A DNA stretch of 47,319 bases from a virus (taxonomy: Duplodnaviria > Caudoviricetes). The notes under the pieces were generated by a model. That model made no database searches. It was given only the letters and a program-made list of their open reading frames with translations, and was not told where the DNA came from. The stretch lies in IMG/VR virus record IMGVR_UViG_3300044260_000040, positions 1 through 47,319 of that record. One strand, given 5' to 3'. A program made the position numbers and the translations under genes. Shown piece by piece: positions 36,336 to 45,115 of this stretch (position 1 is the first letter of the stretch; each line of letters opens with the position of its first letter).

Positions 36336-37870
36336 CCGAACGCGAGCGCCTGCTCAAGCTGCTCAACGCGCAGCGCATCGCCGGACTGGACACGTCCGAC
36401 ACGCTGCGCAGGCTGTACGACTTGGACCAGCAGGCACAGACGCAACAGGTCATCGCCGCCATCCCGCAGCCCATCCCGGGGAGGCCCGGCGAGCCGGGTC
36501 CGGCTGGCCCGGTCGGACCCATGGGCCCAGAAGGCCCCACAGGGCCCACAGGAGCCACAGGAGCGGCCGGAAAGGACGGAGTGGCACCGGAGCCCACTCC
36601 GGGCCCTACCGGGCCTCTGGGGCCGTCTGGGGCGACAGGAGAGCAAGGTGAGCGAGGAGACCCGGGACCAACAGGACCAGCGGGACGAGATGGCCTACCG
36701 GGCATGGACGGCGCAACGGGTCCCACCGGACCCCGTGGCGCTGATGGCGCGACTGGTCCAACAGGACCGAAGGGCGACCCGGGAGAGGCCATCGCCGTCG
36801 CCGGAGACGGACGTAGCCACGTCATCGGACAGCCCTACGTCACCGGACTCCCCCGGCGCGTAGCCGAACTGGAGTTTCCCGGCGCCACGGTCGAGGGCTA
36901 CAAGAACGCGAAGGGACGGAACACCGCCCGCATCACTATCGTTGGAGGGACAGGCGATGGAGCCACAGGGCCGACCGGTCCTACAGGGCCGACCGGCCCG
37001 CAGGGTCCCGGTATCGGTGATACAGGCCCGACCGGACCTACCGGCCCGACGGGTCCGACTGGCGATACCGGACCGACTGGGAGCGGCGACCCCGGGCCCA
37101 CGGGTCCGACTGGCCCGACTGGCCCCGGCGGTGGCGACCCGGGCGCTACCGGTCCCACGGGCCCGACTGGAAGCGCAGGAACGGATGGCGGCACTGGACC
37201 TACCGGCCCTACAGGAACGGCTGGACCGACTGGTCCCACGGGGAGTGCCGGTCCTACCGGTTCGGCGGGTACTGCGGGCAGCAATGGAGCTACAGGACCC
37301 ACGGGGTCCGCTGGGGCGACGGGTCCGACCGGCTCTGCAGGCCCGACTGGGCCTACGGGAAGTGCCGGAACGAACGGCTCCGTGGGTCCGACTGGCCCTA
37401 CTGGCTCAGCGGGAGCGACGGGCCCGACAGGTTCCGCTGGAACTGCTGGAGGGGTGGGACCCACAGGACCTACAGGAAGCGCTGGAGCGACAGGACCAAC
37501 TGGACCTACAGCCTCATTTCTGCATCAGGTAGTTGTCGGCTTCGACGGCCTCGGCGCCGCTCTCGTGCCGGGCGCCATTCAGGACGTGGTTGTCCAGTAC
37601 GCCGGGACCATCCAGTCGGTCATGCTCCTCGCTGACCAGACCGGCAGCGTCTCGGTGGGCATCTGGAAGGATGTGTACGCGAACTTCCCGCCGACCATCG
37701 CGGACTCCATCGTGGCATCGGCGCCGCCTACGCTGTCTAGCGCGGTCAAGAGTGAGGACAGCACGCTGACAGGGTGGACGACGGCACTCGCGGCAGGCGA
37801 CGTGCTGCGCTTCTATCTCACGTCATGCGCCGACATCACGAAACTGCTTCTCGTGCTAACATACCTGTGA
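36332..37870 (+). CDS. Collagen-like fibre protein (GxT triplets) with C-terminal globular domain
   Basis: Two long Gly-X-Y tracts dominated by GPT/GAT/GSA. Confidence 0.9.
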   Translation: MTERERLLKLLNAQRIAGLDTSDTLRRLYDLDQQAQTQQVIAAIPQPIPGRPGEPGPAGPVGPMGPEGPTGPTGATGAAGKDGVAPEPTPGPTGPLGPSGATGEQGERGDPGPTGPAGRDGLPGMDGATGPTGPRGADGATGPTGPKGDPGEAIAVAGDGRSHVIGQPYVTGLPRRVAELEFPGATVEGYKNAKGRNTARITIVGGTGDGATGPTGPTGPTGPQGPGIGDTGPTGPTGPTGPTGDTGPTGSGDPGPTGPTGPTGPGGGDPGATGPTGPTGSAGTDGGTGPTGPTGTAGPTGPTGSAGPTGSAGTAGSNGATGPTGSAGATGPTGSAGPTGPTGSAGTNGSVGPTGPTGSAGATGPTGSAGTAGGVGPTGPTGSAGATGPTGPTASFLHQVVVGFDGLGAALVPGAIQDVVVQYAGTIQSVMLLADQTGSVSVGIWKDVYANFPPTIADSIVASAPPTLSSAVKSEDSTLTGWTTALAAGDVLRFYLTSCADITKLLLVLTYL

Positions 37871-37883
37871 AGGGAGTCCCCTG

Positions 37884-38249
37884 ATGGCGAACGACTATGA
37901 TGACACTGCCAAGGACGCGATGCTCGACGCGCTTGGCGCCCTGATGACAAGGGTGGCGCTCCACACTGGCGACCCGGGCGCTGCCAACACGGCATCCAAC
38001 GAGCTTACTGGCGGGTCTCCCGCCTACGCGCGCAAGGCCATCGCATGGGGCTCCGCTTCTGGCGGCATCATCGCGGCGTCGAGCGCGCCGGTCTTCGATG
38101 TCCCCGCGTCCACGACGGTCTCGTGGCTCAGCTTCTGGAACACTGCCGGAACTGTCCGGTATGCCAAGAAGAACATCACGGACGAGGTGTTCGGTGCTCA
38201 AGGAACCTACACTCTCAGTGCTGCCGACTTCGACCTCAACAACGCCTGA
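37884..38249 (+). CDS. Small virion fibre-associated protein (HTGDPG family)
   Basis: VALHTGDPG, NE.TGG..AYARKAI.W, FDVP motifs common in tail gene regions. Confidence 0.75.
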   Translation: MANDYDDTAKDAMLDALGALMTRVALHTGDPGAANTASNELTGGSPAYARKAIAWGSASGGIIAASSAPVFDVPASTTVSWLSFWNTAGTVRYAKKNITDEVFGAQGTYTLSAADFDLNNA

Positions 38250-38391
38250 GACGACGTTTGAGGAGCTTGTCCGGCTTCGGCTGGACGAGCTTGACAGGAA
38301 GCTGGAGCGGCTGCTTGAGATGACGTGCCCGGTTTGCGGACCGGCGCTGGTCGCGCAAATCCACCCCAAGGTGGAGGAGCATGGCAGCTAA
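38218..38391 (+). CDS. Small coiled-coil/CxxC protein (start uncertain)
   Basis: FEELVRLRLDELDRKLERLLEMTCPVCG; fills the gap before the fibre gene. Confidence 0.4.
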   Translation: MLPTSTSTTPETTFEELVRLRLDELDRKLERLLEMTCPVCGPALVAQIHPKVEEHGS

Positions 38392-41086
38392 CCCCGGTGT
38401 CATCGTTGCGTATGGCGCAGCTACAGCGCCGACGGGGTGGCTTCTCTGCGACGGCTCGGCCGTCTCACAAGCCACCTACGCCGCCCTGTACGCAGCCATC
38501 GGGACGGACTTCGGGCCAGACACGGGCGGCAACTTCACGCTGCCCGACTACCGGGGGCGCTTCGCTCTAGGCAAGTCCGCGACGGGCACGGGCTCGACCG
38601 TCGGTGAGACGGGTGGCGCACTCGACCACACGCATACCGGCCCCTCGCATACCCACGCTGTGGACCAGCCTGCGGACCATACGGCGCACACGGTCACGCA
38701 GCCGTCCTCGCACGGCACGCTGACGCATACCGGCGCGGCAATCGCGAACCACTCGCTCATGTCGCACACGGGCGCAGTCGTGGCCGCCCACTCCATCACC
38801 GAGGCATCTGCGCACTCGGACCACGCCTCTGGTGGAGCGCACACACACGACGGCCACGTCAGCGGCACCCGAAACCCAAGCGCCAACCCCGGCTTCTTCA
38901 CCGCGCCGACCGGGGCGCATAGCTCGGACGGCGGCCATACACACGATGCGCACAGCGCGCATACGGGCACGACCATCGACTCCGGCGCCGCTCACTCGGT
39001 GACGCAGGCAGCGGACCACTCGGCCGACACGCACACCATCTCGGCGCAGGCTACCTCCCACGGCACGCTCACGCACTCAGGCATGACGGTCACTGGCGCG
39101 CACTCGCACACGGGCATGGCGACGCAGGCAGGCGGGACGGCAGCCAGCGGTGGGGCGAACCCGCCGTTCCAAGTCGTGACCTTCATCATCGCCGTCGGCA
39201 CGACCGAGATACCAGTCGGCGCCATCAGCGACTTCGGCGGCACGAGCGCCCCGACTGGGCACATCATCTGCGACGGCTCGTCTTACAACACGACGACCGA
39301 TGCCGACCTGTTCGCTGTCATCGGGTACAACTTCGGCGGCTCTGGCGCAAACTTCAACGTGCCCGACCTGCGCGACCGCCACCCGCTCGGCAAGGCAGCA
39401 GCCGGGACTGGCTCGACTATCGGGGCGACCGGTGGCGCGGTGAACCACGTTCACGCTGGCCCGTCGCATACGCATACCGTGACGCAGGCCGATGCGCACG
39501 GCTCGCATACCATCGGTCAGGCGTCGAGCCACGGCACGCTGACGCATACAGGAACGACGGTCTCCGACCACGCAGCCCTGTCGCACTCCGGCTTGGCGCT
39601 TGGCAACCATACGGTCGGGCAGCCCGCCACGCACTCGACACACGCCACGAACGCGACACACACACACAACTCCCACACGAACGTCAGCAAGTACGGCAAC
39701 GGCACCGACAATGCAGGCTGGATGCACAGCCCGACTACGCACTCGGGCGATGGCGCGCACACACACGATGCTCACCCGGCGCACACGGGGCAGGCGCTCG
39801 ACGCGCACAGCGTCACAGCGCAGAACTCCAACCACGCCGCGCAATCGCATAGCCTGCTCATCACAGAGGCGTCGTCGCACGGCACGCTGAACCACACGGG
39901 CGCGGACCTTGACGCGCACTCCGCCCACTCGGGCGGGGCGACGAGCGCGGGCGGGACGGGCAACACGAGCGCTGGAGAGGCGCCGTACCTGACCGTCAAC
40001 TTCATCATCAAGGCGCACGAGGAGCCGACGCCTATCGGTTCCGGCTTCATGCTCGGCAGCATGGCCGTTCCCTCGCTGGCGCTGGCGTGTGACGGAGCGT
40101 CGTATCTGCGGGTCGATTACCCGTACCTGTTCGCCGTCATCGGGACGGCCTTCGGGGCGGCCGACAGCGACCACTTCAACGTGCCCGATATGCGCGGTCG
40201 CATCCCGCGCGGCAAGAGCGCATCTACCGCCCTGAACGACTCGGGCGGCGCGCGCGACCACACGCACACTGGTCCGCTCCATAGCCACGGCGTGACACAG
40301 CCGTCTGCCCACTCCGACCACACGCCGACGCAACCGACCAGCCACGGCACGCTGACCCACAGCGGCTTCGCCTTGTCAGACCACGCCGCCCTGAGCCACT
40401 CGGGGCTGACCATCGCGAACCACACGCCGACTCAGGCTGGCCTGCACGGCACGCACTCCACGGACGGCGCGCATACCCACGATGCGCATACGGCACAGAA
40501 CAAGATGGATGCTGGCTCGACCAACTACCTGAAGGCGAGCACGCATAGCAGCGACGGCGGCCATACGCACGACGCGCACTCCGCGCATACGGGCTTCGCG
40601 GTCAACGCGCACAGCATCACGTCGGCAGGCTCGGACCACGCTGCGCGCTCACATACGGTCTCGGCGCAGCCAGACAGCCACGGCACGCTCACGCATAGCG
40701 GCTTCGCCGTGGATGCGCACTCCGCGCACAGCGGCTTCGCCACGTACGACGACGGCAACGGCACGATGGGCGCGGCCAACCCGGCCTACATCACCGTCAA
40801 CTACGCCATCTGGGCCATCGGCTTCGACCGCAGCGGCACGTCCTCGGGGACTGGCGGCGGCGTCGTGACCATCACGCAGACCACGAGCCGGGAGCCCAGT
40901 GAGACGTTCACTGGCGGTGGCGTCGCCAGCATCACGCAGACCACGGACCGCCAGCCCAGTGAGGACATGACCGGGGGCGGCGTCCTCGGTTACACTGGTG
41001 CCAAGGGTGGGACAGGGACGGTGCACCTGTCCGACGGCGGCGGGACCGGCATCTCAGGCACGACTACGTTCGGGTGGGCAGCATGA
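38381..41086 (+). CDS. Tail fibre with three tandem collar + His-rich needle modules
   Basis: Three collar motifs (CDG.......LF/Y.AIG..FG....F..PD.R.R...G), each closed by P(F/Y)..V.(F/Y)(I/A)I; about 28 His per module. Confidence 0.9.
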   Translation: MAANPGVIVAYGAATAPTGWLLCDGSAVSQATYAALYAAIGTDFGPDTGGNFTLPDYRGRFALGKSATGTGSTVGETGGALDHTHTGPSHTHAVDQPADHTAHTVTQPSSHGTLTHTGAAIANHSLMSHTGAVVAAHSITEASAHSDHASGGAHTHDGHVSGTRNPSANPGFFTAPTGAHSSDGGHTHDAHSAHTGTTIDSGAAHSVTQAADHSADTHTISAQATSHGTLTHSGMTVTGAHSHTGMATQAGGTAASGGANPPFQVVTFIIAVGTTEIPVGAISDFGGTSAPTGHIICDGSSYNTTTDADLFAVIGYNFGGSGANFNVPDLRDRHPLGKAAAGTGSTIGATGGAVNHVHAGPSHTHTVTQADAHGSHTIGQASSHGTLTHTGTTVSDHAALSHSGLALGNHTVGQPATHSTHATNATHTHNSHTNVSKYGNGTDNAGWMHSPTTHSGDGAHTHDAHPAHTGQALDAHSVTAQNSNHAAQSHSLLITEASSHGTLNHTGADLDAHSAHSGGATSAGGTGNTSAGEAPYLTVNFIIKAHEEPTPIGSGFMLGSMAVPSLALACDGASYLRVDYPYLFAVIGTAFGAADSDHFNVPDMRGRIPRGKSASTALNDSGGARDHTHTGPLHSHGVTQPSAHSDHTPTQPTSHGTLTHSGFALSDHAALSHSGLTIANHTPTQAGLHGTHSTDGAHTHDAHTAQNKMDAGSTNYLKASTHSSDGGHTHDAHSAHTGFAVNAHSITSAGSDHAARSHTVSAQPDSHGTLTHSGFAVDAHSAHSGFATYDDGNGTMGAANPAYITVNYAIWAIGFDRSGTSSGTGGGVVTITQTTSREPSETFTGGGVASITQTTDRQPSEDMTGGGVLGYTGAKGGTGTVHLSDGGGTGISGTTTFGWAA

Positions 41087-42126
41087 CCTACGGACTCGTG
41101 ATGATTGCCAAGGACGAGGCGGCGGGCATCCTTGGCACGCTGGAGACTCTTCGCCCGTTCATCTCGTACTGGATTGTCTGCGACACGGGCTCTACGGACG
41201 GCACGCAAGACCTCATCCGCGAGTACCTGAAGGACATCCCCGGCAAGCTGTATCAGGACAAGTGGGTCAACTTCGGGCACAACCGCTCGCTCGCTCTCGC
41301 GCGCGCGTACAAGGCACGTGAGCGCGTGGACTGGTGGCTGGCGTCCGACGCCGACATGCACTGGACCATCGACCCGACGTTCACGCCGCCGCAGGTAGAG
41401 TCGCTGAGCCTCAAGATGGGCGCGGGCAGCGGCTTCGAATGGCGCCTGCCGCTGGTGCTGCGGGCGGACATCGAATGGAAGTCCGTCGGCGCGGTGCACG
41501 AGTACACGACACGCATGGACGGGCAGAAGCACGTGTCGCTCGCGACGGACAAGCTGAGCGTCATGTACCAAGACCGCAGCGACCCGGCCAAGACAGCGTG
41601 GCAGTTGGGCATGCTGCGCGAGGAGATGGAGAAGGACCCCGACAACAGCCGGACCGTCTTCTACGCGGCGCAGTGCTCGCGCGAGCTAGGCGCGTACGCG
41701 GATGCGCGCGCCTTGTACGCGCGTAGGGCGCAGATGGGCGGGTACGAGCAGGAGCGCTGGTACGCGATGTACTGGGCGGCTCAGTTGGAGGAGACGCCGG
41801 ACGCGCGCCTGCTTGCGCTCATCGCCTGCTGGGAAGCGCGCCCTGCCCGGCTGGAACCGCTGTGCTTGGCCGCGAGAGAGATGAACGCACGCGGCTGGCA
41901 CCATGCTGCCTATGCCCTGCTCAACCGTCCCATCCAGCCCACGGACGACGTGTTCTTCGTGCACACGACCGTCTGGGAATGGGGCATCGACTTTGAGAAG
42001 CACATCGCAGCGTGGTGGGTCGGCAAGCGCAAAGAGTCTGCGGACCTTGGGCGCAAGCTCCTGAAGCGCAAAGACCTGCCGGACCACATTCGGCTCGCCA
42101 TCGAAGCCAACCTTAAGTACACGTGA
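41083..42126 (+). CDS. Glycosyltransferase family 2 with TPR C-terminus
   Basis: MIAKDE, CDTGSTDGT, W.NFG.NR, DAD, GAVHEY, R.VFY.AQ. Confidence 0.92.
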   Translation: MTYGLVMIAKDEAAGILGTLETLRPFISYWIVCDTGSTDGTQDLIREYLKDIPGKLYQDKWVNFGHNRSLALARAYKARERVDWWLASDADMHWTIDPTFTPPQVESLSLKMGAGSGFEWRLPLVLRADIEWKSVGAVHEYTTRMDGQKHVSLATDKLSVMYQDRSDPAKTAWQLGMLREEMEKDPDNSRTVFYAAQCSRELGAYADARALYARRAQMGGYEQERWYAMYWAAQLEETPDARLLALIACWEARPARLEPLCLAAREMNARGWHHAAYALLNRPIQPTDDVFFVHTTVWEWGIDFEKHIAAWWVGKRKESADLGRKLLKRKDLPDHIRLAIEANLKYT

Positions 42127-42134
42127 TGTATACT
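42123..42134 (+). promoter_or_regulatory. GTGATGTATACT -10 element upstream of the lysis cassette
   Basis: Identical 12-mer at 29517-29528; TATACT ends 7 nt before an ATG at 42141. Confidence 0.55.
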
Positions 42135-42166
42135 AAGCCCATGTTTCCCCTCACCCCCACCCTGCC

Positions 42167-42463
42167 ATGACCGAACTTGTCGGCTTCGTCGTCGCAGCAG
42201 GGGTGGGCCTCGTGCTGTCCATCGCCACGCTGTTCCTGACGAAGAAGAGTGGGCTCGGGGAGGTGCAGGACGCACTCATCCAGACCATGCAGGAGAACAC
42301 AGTGGCCCTTACGCAGCGGGTGGACTTGCTTGAGGCGCAGGTGAAGGACCGTGATGCGAAGATTGAGCACCTAGAAGCCGAAGTGAAGAAGCTCGGTGAT
42401 ACGGTACTCCGTCTCTCCAAGGACAACACGAGGCTTAAGAAACTCGTGGGGGAGGAGACGTGA
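42167..42463 (+). CDS. Single-TM plus coiled-coil protein (holin/lysis accessory)
   Basis: N-terminal hydrophobic helix, heptad-rich C-terminus, upstream of the endolysin. Confidence 0.7.
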   Translation: MTELVGFVVAAGVGLVLSIATLFLTKKSGLGEVQDALIQTMQENTVALTQRVDLLEAQVKDRDAKIEHLEAEVKKLGDTVLRLSKDNTRLKKLVGEET

Positions 42464-42828
42464 ATATCACCTTCGACTGGGCCGACTTCTCCGCCCCCCT
42501 TGACCCGGCGGTCCTCGTCGCTGCTATTCTCCTCGGTTGCATGCTCGGCGCTGTGGTGGCGTTCAGCGATGGGTCGCGACGGCGACGGCTCAGTACCAAC
42601 CACTTCATCTGGATGACGGGCGCAGGCGTGGTATTCTACATCCCTCTCAGCATCATCCGCGCATTCGAAGGCTCGCCCGTGTGGGAGCGGTTCCTCGCGA
42701 CCCTGCCACTCTGGATGCTGTTCGAACTGGGGATGATGCTGGGCAACAGATACATGACGCGCGGGGACCGCACGGCATCTGCGGCAGAGCGCAAGCAGTG
42801 GGACGACGAGGGGAAGAATGGTTCTTGA
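42460..42828 (+). CDS. 3-TM membrane protein, putative holin
   Basis: Three hydrophobic segments, charged C-terminus, overlaps the endolysin start. Confidence 0.6.
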   Translation: MNITFDWADFSAPLDPAVLVAAILLGCMLGAVVAFSDGSRRRRLSTNHFIWMTGAGVVFYIPLSIIRAFEGSPVWERFLATLPLWMLFELGMMLGNRYMTRGDRTASAAERKQWDDEGKNGS

Positions 42829-44212
42829 GGGAGTCGATGTCTCCGTCTTCAACGGACTCTGGAGCGGGAAGGAACGACCCGCTTTCGCCATCGTGCGCGC
42901 GTGCTACGGCACGGGCAAGGATGCGAAGTACGACCTGCACGTCGCACGCTTCAAGTCGCTCGGCATCCTGACAGGAGCGTACGCCTTCGGCATCAACATG
43001 AACGGCACCGCTCAGGCGCGTGCCTTCCTGACCATCGCCAAGAACGCGGCCTTCATCGCGCTGGACTTGGAGACCGAGGCAGCCAAGCCGCGCATGACGG
43101 ACGAGCAGGCCAAGGCGTTCATCGCTGAGTGCCACCGGCAGGGCCGCAAGGTCGGGCTGTACCACAGCCGCAGTGGCTTCCCCCTCACGCTCGGGCAGGA
43201 CTGGAACTGGGTGGCCGACTATCGTGGACCGGCGTACAAGCCGAACATCCCGTTCGCCATCTGGCAGTGGCAGGGCAGCCCGCTCGACCGCAACCACTTC
43301 TACGGCACGAAGGCGCAGTTGGTCGCGCTCGGAGCGCCGTACGGCGCGCCCGTTACCCCTCCGCCGCCCCCGCCTGTCCAGACCGGCAACCCATATCCCA
43401 TCGGGTCGATTGAGTCGGTCCAGTGGTATCACGACCACGGCTTCATCTCGCAGGGCGGCGTGTGGGTGAAGGTGTCCACTCCACCTCCTGCTCCCACGCC
43501 CACCACGCCCCCGCCTGCACCGGTCCCGGCAGCGCCGCCCATCCCCACGACGCCTACCTCCGTGGGCGCGAACGTGGGTCAGGTGACGTACGCCCTGCCG
43601 CGCATGGTCGTGCTCGCGGGCCTGCAGGCGCTGGACCTCGGGCCGACGAACGGGCCTGTCTACGTCCTCGTGCACGGCGGGCCCGTCCCGCTTGGCAACG
43701 CGGCCATGCTACAGGACCTCGCGCAGCGGCTCGCCAATCGCGGCGCTCGCGTGTTCTGCATCGACTATCGCTCGGACACGTGGCAGAACGCGGTCGCTGA
43801 TGTGACCGCAGCCGTGGCCGACGTGAAGCGCATCATCCCGGCGCGCGTGACGCTCGTCTCGCACAGCTATGGTGGCTTCCCGGCGGCCATCGCGTTCTTC
43901 CAGAACGCGGCAGCCGACGCCTACGTGGCCGTCAACGCCATCTGCTCGACCCCTGCGGTGAGCGAGAACAGCCGGGCGGGTGCGCCCGACATCTTCGAAC
44001 TGACGAAGCTGCGGCCGGGAGCGCCGGTCAGCGTGGTCGAGGGGATGACGATGCCCTATCCCGCGACCGACGACAAGCCGGGCTTCGTGCGAGCGCTCAA
44101 TGCCGCCGGGCATCCCGGCTTCTGGACTCAGGGCCCGGGCGACCACACGGGCACGTTGTACACTAGTGAGACCGTCGGCACCATCATGCAGACGGCCGCG
44201 CTCATCAGGTGA
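42818..44212 (+). CDS. Endolysin: GH25 muramidase, Pro-rich linkers and alpha/beta-hydrolase domain
   Basis: GVDVS, GAYAF, ALDLE, WVADY, IWQW, LDRN; then LVHGG, IDYR, SHSYGG, GDH. Confidence 0.88.
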   Translation: MVLEGVDVSVFNGLWSGKERPAFAIVRACYGTGKDAKYDLHVARFKSLGILTGAYAFGINMNGTAQARAFLTIAKNAAFIALDLETEAAKPRMTDEQAKAFIAECHRQGRKVGLYHSRSGFPLTLGQDWNWVADYRGPAYKPNIPFAIWQWQGSPLDRNHFYGTKAQLVALGAPYGAPVTPPPPPPVQTGNPYPIGSIESVQWYHDHGFISQGGVWVKVSTPPPAPTPTTPPPAPVPAAPPIPTTPTSVGANVGQVTYALPRMVVLAGLQALDLGPTNGPVYVLVHGGPVPLGNAAMLQDLAQRLANRGARVFCIDYRSDTWQNAVADVTAAVADVKRIIPARVTLVSHSYGGFPAAIAFFQNAAADAYVAVNAICSTPAVSENSRAGAPDIFELTKLRPGAPVSVVEGMTMPYPATDDKPGFVRALNAAGHPGFWTQGPGDHTGTLYTSETVGTIMQTAALIR

Positions 44213-44223
44213 GGTAAGCCATT

Positions 44224-44559
44224 ATGGCAGCCCCAGCCGCGCCGGTCATCAGCGTCATGCAGAACGGCTACGGCATGGTCTACATCAACTGGGCCGCCGT
44301 CGCAGGCGCGACCTCGTACAAGGTGTATGAGGGGCACTCGACCGCCCCCACGACCCTGAAGGCAACGGTCACGACACCGCTGTCGGACGGCACCTTCGGC
44401 TACATCTTCATGGGCACGGGCACAGAGTTCGTGCGCCTGAAGGCCAACAACCTGAGCGGGGATAGCGCGTACGGAAACGAGGTGCGCGTAGCAATCAGCA
44501 TCGGTCGCCTGCCGACGAAGGGTTCATCGCAGGCCCTCCAGCACATCAAGGGGACTTGA
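44224..44559 (+). CDS. Fibronectin type III-like protein
   Basis: PAAP, INWAAVAGATSYKVY, LKA.N.SGDS. Confidence 0.75.
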   Translation: MAAPAAPVISVMQNGYGMVYINWAAVAGATSYKVYEGHSTAPTTLKATVTTPLSDGTFGYIFMGTGTEFVRLKANNLSGDSAYGNEVRVAISIGRLPTKGSSQALQHIKGT

Positions 44560-44561
44560 CC

Positions 44562-45026
44562 ATGGGTTCAATCGTCGCAAGCGAACTTCTGAACGGCGTT
44601 AGTGGGGCCAACGCCACAGCCATCGACACAGACACAGGGGCGAGGTTCAACAAGTCCTACGCCAAGGAATGGCTCGCCACGCAAATCATGGACAGCGACG
44701 GGGCGATGCTCGACCTGTACATCGCCGGAGACCCGGGCGCCTACACGGACGAGATGCTGCTCGCAGAGGCGCAGTTGACGGACTGCAACGATGCCTGCTC
44801 GCCCGCGTTCTTCGAACGCATCCGAGACTACTCGGGCTTCGTCATCGCGGTCCACCCGGGGCCCATCGTCAACACGTGGAGTGAACTCATCGCCACGCTG
44901 AACGACATCAGCAACTGGTCTGTTCCCTACGTCAGCGACGCGGACATCTGGGCCGGGCTGCGTGGAGCGAGCGGCCCCTCGGGGACCAACACGTTCGTCA
45001 CGGAAGCTGAGATTGCGGTCGCCTGA
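44562..45026 (+). CDS. Hypothetical protein
   Basis: AAGGGG SD; coding-like codon bias. Confidence 0.65.
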   Translation: MGSIVASELLNGVSGANATAIDTDTGARFNKSYAKEWLATQIMDSDGAMLDLYIAGDPGAYTDEMLLAEAQLTDCNDACSPAFFERIRDYSGFVIAVHPGPIVNTWSELIATLNDISNWSVPYVSDADIWAGLRGASGPSGTNTFVTEAEIAVA

Positions 45027-45029
45027 TAC

Positions 45030-45114
45030 GGGCCCGCGTAGACGAGGTGAAGGGCCCGCCGGAAGGCGGGCCCGTTAGCCTAACGAGGGGTGCGACTCCC
45101 CTCCGGGTCCACCA
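45030..45114 (+). ncRNA. tRNA-like RNA with Ala identity (G3.U70, A73, CCA) and no anticodon loop
   Basis: Acceptor stem GGGCCCG/CGGGTCC + ACCA; T arm GAGGGG-TGCGACT-CCCCTC; 9-bp hairpin with GGAA loop; short variable hairpin GTTA-GCC-TAAC. Confidence 0.7.
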
Positions 45115-45115
45115 C

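Noticed and set aside
38381-41086. Diversity-generating retroelement acting on the fibre
   Set aside because: No reverse transcriptase and no template/variable repeat pair differing at adenines; the repeats are diverged protein modules.
45030-45114. Canonical tRNA, full tmRNA or attP site
   Set aside because: No 7-nt anticodon loop or D stem, no tag reading frame, and no integrase in the genome.
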